The notes below the pieces were generated by a model. That model worked only from the letters and a program-made list of their open reading frames with translations, was not told the DNA's origin and made no database searches. From positions 1 to 63,979 of the forward strand of contig SBAX01000058.1 of NCBI GenBank assembly GCA_005240095.1: a stretch of DNA of 63,979 bases. The letters run 5' to 3'. Position numbers and translations under genes: made by a program. Shown here in pieces: positions 9,301-16,677 of this stretch (the stretch's first letter is position 1; each line of letters starts with the position of its first letter). The stretch comes from Phycisphaera mikurensis. Lineage in GTDB: Bacteria > Planctomycetota > Phycisphaerae > UBA1845.

Positions 9301-10921
9301 CTATGTACGGGCCGCGAACCAACCTGCAAAGGCCGCCGCCTGGTATCAGCGAGCCGTAGATCTCGCGCGCCGCGAGAAGCCGGCCGTGGTTGCCGAGCTG
9401 CTGGACGCGAAGATCGCTTCTCTGCTCAACCGTTCCGTGAACGATCTGGAACAGGCCCGGCGAGACACCGAGGAGCTTCGCAACCAGCATCCTGACTTTG
9501 CCCGAGGCTTTCTATGGGAGAGCGAAATTGCTGCCCGCAACGGCGACATCGATCGTGCGATAAGCAAACTGGGAGACTATCTCAATGCCAGGCCAAACGA
9601 GGCCTACGCGCTGTATCAGCGGGCGCGACATCTGGTCTCTCGCGGGAAGATTGTGGCCGCCATGGCCGACCTCGAGGCAATCAAGAGGGCCTCGCCTCTT
9701 GCGTTGGAGCTCCAGCCGCGGCTCCTGCTCGCACGCCTCCATCTGCGTGCCGGCCAGCGTGATCTGTGGATTGCAGAGTTGGAATCTCTGGTCAAGGACG
9801 CCGAACAGCGCCGGGAGTCCGCAGTGGCGGTGGAAGCGTTGGCGAACGCATACATCTCGGAGAAGCGCCTTGCCGACGCGGAGCGGTTGGTCACCGCCCA
9901 GATCAACCGCACGGCGGAGTCGCCCCAATGGTACTTCCTTCGAGGCCGGATTTCCCTGGCGCTGGGCGACTCGGAAAGAGCACTGGGCGACTTCCGTCGT
10001 GGCGCGGAAATCAGCAAGTTCAGCGCCGAGAGCGTTCTTCAGGTCCTCACGGCATACTTCCAGACTGGTAGGTTTGCCGCCGGCGTGGAGTACTACGACC
10101 GTCTGCCCCCTCAGGAGCGGCCGTCGGCGGGCATGCTCTCGCGTTACGCCCAGCTGTTGGCGCGTTACGGCGCGAAGGCGAAGGCCGTTGAGCAGTTCCG
10201 GCTGGCCATGGCCCGCGCTCTTGGCGAAGAAGCGGATTCCCCTCAGCAGGTCGGCAACGACGTCTTCGCGGTTTTCACGCCGCAGGAGGCCGTGACGGCC
10301 TTTGAAGGCGCCCCGCCGGATCCGGCCCTCGCCCGGGCCAACGACCGCATCCTGGCCCGCGCGGTCGGCCTCGTCGGGCAAGTGGACGATGCCGCAGACC
10401 GCTACGACGCCCTCCTGGCCGCCGCCAATGATCACGAGCGTGCCACGCTGCTCCATGAGCGCGGCGACCTCTACCAGACCGCCGGCCGGACCGACAGCGC
10501 CGTCGAGAGTTACAAGGAAGCACTCAAATACGACCCAACCAACTGGGTGACCTTGAACAACATTGCCTACCTGCTCTCGGATGCCGGTGGCGCGAACGAG
10601 GAGGCGCTTCCCTATGCACAAAAGGCTGTGGCCCTAGCCGACAATGCCTACACCCTGGACACTCTGGGTTGGATCTACGTGGGGCTCTCTCGTTACCCGC
10701 TGGCGATTGCGGAGCTCAGCCGCGCCATCCGCGTGAATCCGGAATACGCCCTGCCCTATTATCATCTTGGAGAGGCCTATCGCCGCAGCTCGCAGTTTGT
10801 CGAAGCCGCCGACGTACTTCGTGACGGTGCGAATGTCGCGAAGGCTGCCAAAGATGAGGCCCTCATGAAGCAGATCGAATCTGCCATCGACAGGTCCGCC
10901 CAGCGCGACGCAACCCCATGA
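6371..10921 (+). CDS. Giant membrane-anchored TPR-repeat protein (PrsT-like?)
   Basis: 1516 aa. It has an N-terminal TM (LVVGLGLFGFACMILLSVLML) and then dozens of A/L/R-rich 34-residue-type repeats (..A...Y..AL...P....A...LA..). It lies 30 nt downstream of the EpsI-like gene. Confidence 0.85.
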   Translation: MAAKQLNKRLVVGLGLFGFACMILLSVLMLRQLQRRDPKYFVQLAETAAAQEQWQQAALFYNEAWERSGEARFLVDAGEMLLREGDPGSAVRAWKQALVHQPDLLRAHERQVALLVQTAQLYATPQRWQQVSDAAEALLAAAPSDALEQRALAQHARGLALLNLESQDAGNAERGIAAITEATRLAPGNVEYAIDLARELIRQERVDQGQQVYLALIQQHTAPGGDASRARLAYAQHLAEKQRLDEAETFFHQSMDSAGGDPSALREAKIGYARFISYRWVAAVREGTSKQAADDLFAQAEKILRECIEAEPDEFEPYLQTAFLYKAAQRHADVVDICEARIRRGLSRKGVEATQNRVRMFTLMINASEACVALGVKADDVAEREKWLAKAEQYVADAKGESASHPRVLSQAGRVKLARGQDREALKELRAADEAYGTYDAVNWENKIILAQVHMRLSEAGAARDVLESVLDKAMRYRSRDPIFWNLYAQVLLANNDLDRALAICDRVLLLDSSNTDARQLKAAIHERQGKLEVAGMEHEKATGSPTIRAMLQARALGLGGEQEAAVQVLLSALEHDPADSRLVAATINELINLNRHDDAQSVAARALAVKPDDLRLQQLSLLARRDLTPQQRDEATLQLLMAEEDDLQRDLDLAMFYARKEKLAEAVQALDSAERHILAKDTPLGRSATATQHAAVLKAKIRAAAQMEDIAAMGAARDSAARHNVDGAGGKSLLGWYHLQRQEYELAVNAYRDAIAAQPTDATSLAHLAQCLQVLGRLDEAKAAYEQAVEINPNEGIAHQGLAMIAQARGDTEGFARELAICERLLPNEPWVREQVTIRTEEGDPAGAISRREARLAESPDDAWNLQRLAILYENAGDYVNAEQAHARLRELRPSDERVVMASAAFYRRTDREEEGLALVRQFAESRTDPKQRAVAALILANEQIQLRRLEDAEKTLLTAHETSPSLDVARGIAEFYVRAANQPAKAAAWYQRAVDLARREKPAVVAELLDAKIASLLNRSVNDLEQARRDTEELRNQHPDFARGFLWESEIAARNGDIDRAISKLGDYLNARPNEAYALYQRARHLVSRGKIVAAMADLEAIKRASPLALELQPRLLLARLHLRAGQRDLWIAELESLVKDAEQRRESAVAVEALANAYISEKRLADAERLVTAQINRTAESPQWYFLRGRISLALGDSERALGDFRRGAEISKFSAESVLQVLTAYFQTGRFAAGVEYYDRLPPQERPSAGMLSRYAQLLARYGAKAKAVEQFRLAMARALGEEADSPQQVGNDVFAVFTPQEAVTAFEGAPPDPALARANDRILARAVGLVGQVDDAADRYDALLAAANDHERATLLHERGDLYQTAGRTDSAVESYKEALKYDPTNWVTLNNIAYLLSDAGGANEEALPYAQKAVALADNAYTLDTLGWIYVGLSRYPLAIAELSRAIRVNPEYALPYYHLGEAYRRSSQFVEAADVLRDGANVAKAAKDEALMKQIESAIDRSAQRDATP

Positions 10922-10991
10922 GGCGGTCGAGCGAGGCGCTGCTGGCGGGCACACCGTGCCACTTGGCTGCCTTTCAGTACAATGCGATCCC

Positions 10992-12242
10992 ATGATCTGG
11001 CTCATGCTTCCCATCCTGCTCGCCGGCTCGGCTTCGATATCGGCCTCCGAGACAACACTGTTCGCCCTGAATCGCCAAACCCTGCACGAATTCGCCCGCG
11101 CGCGAAGCCTGTTTCATCGCCGGGCATTCCAGCTCATGCAGAACCCCTCTCGCGTGCTAATGACCGTGCTGATCGCCAACACGACGGTCAATGTGAGCTT
11201 CTACACGCTCTCCTTCATCGCCTTCGAGGAACTCTCGGCCCCTGTCGCCACCGCCATGGGCGTGGCCGCCTTGCTCACCCTGATTATCATGGGCGAAATG
11301 GTTCCCAAGGCTGTGGCCCTCGCCAATGCGCGGATGCTGGCTCCGCTGGCCTCGGCGTGGATCAGCTTTCTTCAACTGATCCTCGGGCCCGTTACCAGGA
11401 TCCTCTCCGCTTTTGTAGCCGATCCCATCACTCGACTGCTGGCTCCGGCCGGCCCGCCGAGCGACACGCTCGATACCGATGAATTGCAATTGCTCGTCGA
11501 GCACTCTGCACGCGCCGGGCACATTGACACGACCGAGAACGAGCTGCTCCAGTCCATAGTGGCCCTCCCCGAGGCGTCTGTAAGAGAGGTGATGACCCCC
11601 CGCGTAGATATCGAGTTCCTGCGCCTCACCGACGATCCGCGCCGCATCCAACAACTTCTTCAGACTTCTCGCCGGCGAATCCTCCCGGTTTGTGGGAGAG
11701 ACCTTGACGATGTGCGCGGTCTGATTGCCGTCCGTGACGCGTTGCTCAACCCCGGCGGAGCGGTTGCAACCATGGTCCGTCCCGTGCGTTTCGTTCCCGA
11801 GCAGATCAACCTCGCCCAATTGGTCCGCCACTTTCATCACGAACGATCGCACTTCGCCATCGTCGTGGATGAATACGGCGGCACCGCCGGTCTTGTCACC
11901 GTCGACGACATCGTCGAGTGGATCGTCGGCGACCTGCCGGAGCCCGACTCCGCCCCGGGCGAGACTGCTACGGAACAGATTGACGAGAACACCTACAGGC
12001 TGCCGGGCGACGTCAGCGTGCGCGACTGGGCTGAGCGCTTCGGCGTCGAGGAGGTTGATCGTCACGTGGACACGCTCGCGGGGCTGATCCTCTCCAAGCT
12101 CGGTCACCTGCCGCGACCGGGCGACTCCGTGCGTATACGAAACCTCACCCTCACGGTGGAGTCCATCCGTCGGCGACGAATCGATCGCGTTGTGCTCCAC
12201 CGACAGGCGGATCGCCAACTCGCGGAGGTGACGACGTCATGA
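10992..12242 (+). CDS. CNNM/DUF21-CBS-CorC_HlyC family protein (hemolysin/TlyC/CorC-like)
   Basis: ATG at 10992 (MIWLMLPILLAG). It has the DUF21 motif SASETTLFALN...GEMVPKAVA, a CBS pair and a C-terminal CorC-type domain (YRLPGDVSVRDW...GHLPRPGDSV). Confidence 0.85.
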   Translation: MIWLMLPILLAGSASISASETTLFALNRQTLHEFARARSLFHRRAFQLMQNPSRVLMTVLIANTTVNVSFYTLSFIAFEELSAPVATAMGVAALLTLIIMGEMVPKAVALANARMLAPLASAWISFLQLILGPVTRILSAFVADPITRLLAPAGPPSDTLDTDELQLLVEHSARAGHIDTTENELLQSIVALPEASVREVMTPRVDIEFLRLTDDPRRIQQLLQTSRRRILPVCGRDLDDVRGLIAVRDALLNPGGAVATMVRPVRFVPEQINLAQLVRHFHHERSHFAIVVDEYGGTAGLVTVDDIVEWIVGDLPEPDSAPGETATEQIDENTYRLPGDVSVRDWAERFGVEEVDRHVDTLAGLILSKLGHLPRPGDSVRIRNLTLTVESIRRRRIDRVVLHRQADRQLAEVTTS

Positions 12243-13228
12243 TGTGGGTCGTCGTCGCATGCGGTTTGATCCTCGGCGTCGTCGGTTCCGGCCTGTTTTC
12301 GGGCTCCGAGACGGGACTGTATTGCCTGAACCGCCTGCGGCTTCACCTCGCCGTCCAGCAGGGCGATTCCCGGGCGGTACGCCTATCCCGGTGGCTGGAG
12401 GATGAACAACGCGCCTTGGCTGTGGCGTTGGCCGGCACCAACGTGACGGACTACATCGGCACTATTGCCATTGCCTACATGTTTGCCCATCTCCTGGGCT
12501 TCAGCGACGCCGATACCGAGCTCTACACGATCGTGCTGGTCACTCCCCTGGTTTTCGTATTCGGCGAGGTTGTCCCCAAGAACCTCTTCCAGCGATTCGC
12601 CGACTCGCTTATGCCTCGCGTCAGCCTCCTGCTGCTGTGGTCGGAATGGCTCTTTCGCGCCTGTGGGGTCGTGGCCCTCCTGACCGCCCTGACTCGTGGC
12701 GCCAATCGCCTTCTCGGCACGACGCAAGCCTATCGGACGGCCGAGACTCTCAAACGTCGCGTGGCCTTGATGCTCCAGGAAGCGCTGGCAGGGCAAACGC
12801 ATGGAGAGCACCAGTCCGACCTGATTGATCGCGTCGTACGGCTCTCCGAGACACCCATCCGCACGGTGATGGTGCCGTTCCACCGCGTGATCAGCATTTC
12901 ACGTGATGCGGATCGGCTCGAGCTTCTCCGCGTGGCCCGTGCCGCCTCGTTTGCCCGCGTCCCGGTTCATGGAAAAAGCCGGTCTCAGATCCTTGGCCTG
13001 ATCAAGATCGACGACTTGCTGCGATCGCCGCAGACCACCGTCGCCGAGGCGATTCACCCGATGCCCAGAATGTCCCCCAACACGACGGTCGCGGCCGCCA
13101 TCGCCGAACTGCGCCGGGGAGGTTCGGAAATGTCCCTGGTCGTCAACGCGGCCGGACACATGCTAGGGCTGGTCACGCTGCGAGACCTGCTGGAAGAAGT
13201 CGTCGGAGAGTTTGGTGCCCAAGCCTAG
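12239..13228 (+). CDS. Second CNNM/DUF21-CBS protein (no CorC tail)
   Basis: It has an ATGA start/stop overlap with the previous gene. Motifs are SGSETGLYCLN..., GEVVPKNLF, and then a CBS pair. Confidence 0.8.
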   Translation: MMWVVVACGLILGVVGSGLFSGSETGLYCLNRLRLHLAVQQGDSRAVRLSRWLEDEQRALAVALAGTNVTDYIGTIAIAYMFAHLLGFSDADTELYTIVLVTPLVFVFGEVVPKNLFQRFADSLMPRVSLLLLWSEWLFRACGVVALLTALTRGANRLLGTTQAYRTAETLKRRVALMLQEALAGQTHGEHQSDLIDRVVRLSETPIRTVMVPFHRVISISRDADRLELLRVARAASFARVPVHGKSRSQILGLIKIDDLLRSPQTTVAEAIHPMPRMSPNTTVAAAIAELRRGGSEMSLVVNAAGHMLGLVTLRDLLEEVVGEFGAQA

Positions 13229-13256
13229 GCGCAGCGCGCGGGGGGAGACAGGTGCC

Positions 13257-13916
13257 ATGGATGATCTCGCTCGATTGACGGTCGATGAGTTTCTGGATCG
13301 CGTGGCTCAGCGAATACCATCGCCGGGCGGAGGCAGCGTGGCCGCCGCCGGCGGAGCGCTGGCCGCGGCCCTGGGCCGGATGGTCCTGGCCTACTCGTTA
13401 CCGAAGGACCCGGACTCTCCCGCGCGACGACAAACGGGAGAATACCTGGAGCGCATGGGCCGCACGGACGACATCCTCCGGGCCCTCATCACCCGCGACG
13501 CCGCCGCGTATGACGCCATGACCGCCCAGCGACCCAGGCGCGGCCAAGTCGCAACCGAAGCCTACACTCAGGCCGTGCTCGCTGCCCTGGCGGTGCCCCT
13601 CGAGGTCGCCGCCGCCGCCGCTGATGTGCTGAATACCCTGGATTCGTGCAAGCCGAACGTAAACAAGTTCCTGCTTAGCGATCTGGGGGCGGCATGCGTT
13701 CTGGCGGAGGCGGCCGCCCGTGCTGCAAGCTTCATGGTCGCCGTGAATGTGCCCGAGCTGCCCGATGCGGACCTGCGCGCCCGGCTGCTCGGCGATGTCG
13801 ATTCCATCGTCGGCCGCTGCCGCGACGCACGAACGTCCATTGAGTCTTTTGTCCGTCGAGAGGAGAACGGTCCGCCGGGAGATACCGGGCCTGCGGCCGG
13901 TAGGGCGCAGAAGTGA
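13257..13916 (+). CDS. Cyclodeaminase/cyclohydrolase family protein (FTCD_C-like)
   Basis: ATG at 13257 with GGGAGA upstream. The N-terminus FLDRVAQRIPSPGGGSVAAAGGALAAALGRMV is the typical ..PGGGs.aA..GAl.aAL..MV motif. Confidence 0.75.
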   Translation: MDDLARLTVDEFLDRVAQRIPSPGGGSVAAAGGALAAALGRMVLAYSLPKDPDSPARRQTGEYLERMGRTDDILRALITRDAAAYDAMTAQRPRRGQVATEAYTQAVLAALAVPLEVAAAAADVLNTLDSCKPNVNKFLLSDLGAACVLAEAAARAASFMVAVNVPELPDADLRARLLGDVDSIVGRCRDARTSIESFVRREENGPPGDTGPAAGRAQK

Positions 13917-13987
13917 GGGCCTCGTGGCGCTCGACCCTCACCCCTGCAACTCTACCTCGCCAGGTTCTGTCTGTATGGCTCCGACTC

Positions 13988-15451
13988 CTATCCGCCCAGG
14001 AGGGTCAGCACGTTCTGAGACTGGGCATTCGCGATGGCCAGAATGCTGTTGCCCGCCTGCACCAGGATCTGCGACCGCGTCAGTTCCGAGGTCTCCGTGG
14101 CGAAATCCGTGTCCCGAATGACCGACTCCGAAGACGTCAGGTTCTCCGTAGTGATCTGCAACTGGCTGATGTTGGGTTGGAGTGTGTTGCGCTCAAAGGC
14201 TCCAAGTCGCCCGCGAAGGACGGCCACCTGAGTAATCGCCTCCTGAACGACCTTCGAAGCGTCCTGGAACTTCCCCGTATTGAGGGCTTTGGTCTGCCCA
14301 CTCTTAAGATCGGAAAGGAACCCGACCAGGTTGTTTCCGATCTTGTTGGCCTGCATGCTCTTGACGCCGATGTTCTCCTGCAGGTTCGTATTGACCTGCG
14401 GTCCCAGCTGGAAGAGGGCCCCGCCATCGGTGACCTGGAAGCTCGATGTGCCCAACGTCCCCTGAAGTCCCGTCGAGCCGCTGCCGAAGGCCTCCGCCAG
14501 AATCACCTCAAGCTTCAAGAGCGACGAGCTGAAGGAGAGCTTCAGGCCATCGGCCGTCGCCGCGATGCCGTTCACCGTGGCCACGGCGTCGCGCCCAATT
14601 GTACGGTTGACCGTCTGTCCTGCACGGTTCTTCACGGAGAAGGTCGGACTCGGCGGGATCTTATCCACGCTCACGAAGGCATCGCTGCCGTACTCCTTGG
14701 AGACGAAGCGCATGCCGTTCACGCCACCGGCCCCGCTGAGGACGGCGGTGATGCCTGTGGCGTCGGTCTGGGCGTTGATGGCGGCGGCCATGGTCACCGT
14801 CGTGGCACTGGCCGGGAAAGTGAGCGTGATGACGCCCTCGTTTCCGCGAATTTCCAGGGTCGCCCCGCTGCCGGTCAGACGGGCGGAACCGAACCCCAAC
14901 TGGGCCTGCTGGGCGGACTGCGATACGGCGATATCCACGTTCACAAACGCCTGGGTGCCGAACTTGGCTCCCTGCACGTACACGTTGGCTAGTTTGTTGG
15001 CATTGATTCCGCTTGTAACGTAGTCCAACTCCCCGTTGATCAGCTTGCGCCCCGAGAACGTCGTGGTGTTGGCGATTCGCGTGATCGAATCGATGGCGTT
15101 GTCGATCTGCAGCTGATTGGCGGCGATTTCGTCCTCCGAAAACGCCCCGCTGTTGGCGGCCTCGACGAGCAGCGCCTGAATGTCCGTCAGCAGGGACTGG
15201 ACCTCGTCCAAGGCCCCTTCCGTCGTGGCAATCACGTTGATTGCCCGCGCGGAGTTGTCGATCGCCTGCTTGACCACCGCGATCTCCGAGCGCAGTCGCT
15301 CCGACACGATCAGCCCCGCGGGGTTGTCCGCCCCGCGGTTGATCTTCAAGCCGCTGGACAGTCGCTCCAGAGACTTGGTGAGCGCACGCTGCGAGATGCC
15401 CAGGTGCCGCTGAGCGATCAGCGATGGGACGTTGCTATTGATCCGCGACAT
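13988..15451 (-). CDS. fliC: Flagellin
   Basis: 487 aa. The N-terminus is MSRINSNVPSLIAQRHLGISQRALTKSLERLSSGLKINRGADNPAGL and the C-terminus is ...TRSQILVQAGNSILAIANAQSQNVLTLLGG. An AAGGAGGA SD is at 15459-15466. Confidence 0.9.
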   Translation of the reverse strand: MSRINSNVPSLIAQRHLGISQRALTKSLERLSSGLKINRGADNPAGLIVSERLRSEIAVVKQAIDNSARAINVIATTEGALDEVQSLLTDIQALLVEAANSGAFSEDEIAANQLQIDNAIDSITRIANTTTFSGRKLINGELDYVTSGINANKLANVYVQGAKFGTQAFVNVDIAVSQSAQQAQLGFGSARLTGSGATLEIRGNEGVITLTFPASATTVTMAAAINAQTDATGITAVLSGAGGVNGMRFVSKEYGSDAFVSVDKIPPSPTFSVKNRAGQTVNRTIGRDAVATVNGIAATADGLKLSFSSSLLKLEVILAEAFGSGSTGLQGTLGTSSFQVTDGGALFQLGPQVNTNLQENIGVKSMQANKIGNNLVGFLSDLKSGQTKALNTGKFQDASKVVQEAITQVAVLRGRLGAFERNTLQPNISQLQITTENLTSSESVIRDTDFATETSELTRSQILVQAGNSILAIANAQSQNVLTLLGG

Positions 15452-15515
15452 GAGGAATCCTCCTTGAGTTTTCCCGGCTCAAATCCCTACGACCGGGGCG
15501 CGCTCGGATCCGCCG

Positions 15516-15818
15516 TCATCCTTGGGACCGACGCGCTTGTTTGGACCGACGCGGGTCCGAAATCTCCGTGGTATCGGTTTGGTTCACAGACGCCGTGCCG
15601 CCGCCCTCGATGGCAGGGGATACATCGCTCGGCGTCAGATTCGCTGCCTGCTGGTTCTCCCGTTTTATGGCTTCGTAGACTTCCTTGCGATGGACCTGAA
15701 TGTGCCGGGGCGCGTTGATACCCAGGCGCACCTTGTCGCCCCGAATATCGACGACGGTGATCTCCACATCGTCGCCGATCATGATCGTCTCATCGCGTTG
15801 TCTGGACAGCACCAACAT
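15516..15818 (-). CDS. csrA: Carbon storage regulator CsrA (flagellar type, with ~25-aa C-terminal extension)
   Basis: I prefer the internal ATG at 15818, preceded by GGAAGGAG. The product begins [55 protein letters not shown]. It lies directly downstream of fliW and upstream of flagellin. Confidence 0.9.
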   Translation of the reverse strand: MLVLSRQRDETIMIGDDVEITVVDIRGDKVRLGINAPRHIQVHRKEVYEAIKRENQQAANLTPSDVSPAIEGGGTASVNQTDTTEISDPRRSKQARRSQG

Positions 15819-15977
15819 TGTCGGCTCCTTCCTTGCCAGGCCGATGTATCGGATTCGACCTCCGCGAAACCGCGAATCGAGCGTCCCGGATCGCCCCACT
15901 AGGGGGCGCCGAACGGATGGGCCTCGACCCCGTTTCTCTCGACGGTTGCCCGTAGGGGGCGCCGAATCGAGCCAGGG

Positions 15978-15999
15978 CAATGGGATTCCTGTCCCATTG
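15978..15999 (-). promoter_or_regulatory. RNA hairpin CAAUGGGA-CAGGAA-UCCCAUUG with GGA in the loop (CsrA-site-like)
   Basis: An 8-bp perfect stem with a 6-nt loop containing AGGA, read on the coding (minus) strand between the fliW stop (16032) and the csrA start (15818). Confidence 0.4.
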
Positions 16000-16031
16000 T
16001 AGTCACCCCCTGACCGCTTCGGCCACTCTCC

Positions 16032-16484
16032 CTAGGCGGTCTTTCCCATAACCGCACGACCGGGGATCCGCATCAGGGGGTGCCGAGTCGAGTATCTCTT
16101 GTCGCTCAGCACCAACTGCCTCCCCTTTCGATTGCCGACGTTGATCACCAGCGGCCCCTGGAAATTACCCGTAAGCAGATCGCCTACCTTGTTCACGATC
16201 ACGAATACCTGCCCATGGTCCGGATCGCGCAGCTCAATGCACTCCAGGTCTTCGAGCTTCACCGGTACCTGGTAGTCCGCCACGAACAGCCGCGGGTCAC
16301 ACACCACGAAGGCCAGGTCGCGCGTGTCTACGGACTGCAGCCAGTAGAAACCGCTTCCCTCTCCCGTCTGAATGAGCGCGTACTCGTGTTGTTGGGGAAA
16401 ACCCAGAATGCCTTCATCGAAGTTGATCAGGCGCTCGGGGTTTACTTCCAATTGTCCGAAGCGCGACGTGTCAATCAGCAACAT
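16032..16484 (-). CDS. fliW: Flagellar assembly factor FliW
   Basis: ATG at 16484 gives 150 aa: MLLIDTSRFGQLEVNPERLINFDEGILGFPQQHEYALI...FYWLQSVD..LAFVVCDP...NFQGPLVIN. Typical FliW length and motifs. The upstream part of the 318-aa track ORF is Arg-rich junk. Confidence 0.85.
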   Translation of the reverse strand: MLLIDTSRFGQLEVNPERLINFDEGILGFPQQHEYALIQTGEGSGFYWLQSVDTRDLAFVVCDPRLFVADYQVPVKLEDLECIELRDPDHGQVFVIVNKVGDLLTGNFQGPLVINVGNRKGRQLVLSDKRYSTRHPLMRIPGRAVMGKTA

Positions 16485-16677
16485 CGCGAGTCTCCCATGA
16501 CCGATCCAATCGAGGGTCTGCAAGCGAGCGGGCCGCAACCGACCGACGGTTGTCCTCTCCACCCGTTCTCTCACGCGCGGCTTAGTCAGCCGTGCCCCGG
16601 ACTCCAAGTCCGGGCGACCTATTTCCCATCGCGGCGTCGTGGTCGTCGATGCACCGCGCTTCTCATTAGGCTTCCTG

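Noticed and set aside
15571-15852. CCGATAC motifs at 15571-15577 and 15846-15852 (minus strand) resemble the sigma-28/sigma-D -10 element GCCGATAA. They lie upstream of fliC (inside the csrA 3' extension) and upstream of csrA.
   Set aside because: No TAAA-like -35 lies at the expected ~15-nt distance in either case. A 7-mer alone is weak evidence. I kept it only as a note for TSS mapping.
16596-16614. An 8-bp hairpin, CCCGGACT-TGG-AGTCCGGG, in the flgL-fliW spacer, considered as a possible terminator.
   Set aside because: No U-tract follows on the coding strand and the loop is only 3 nt. It cannot be called an intrinsic terminator from sequence alone.
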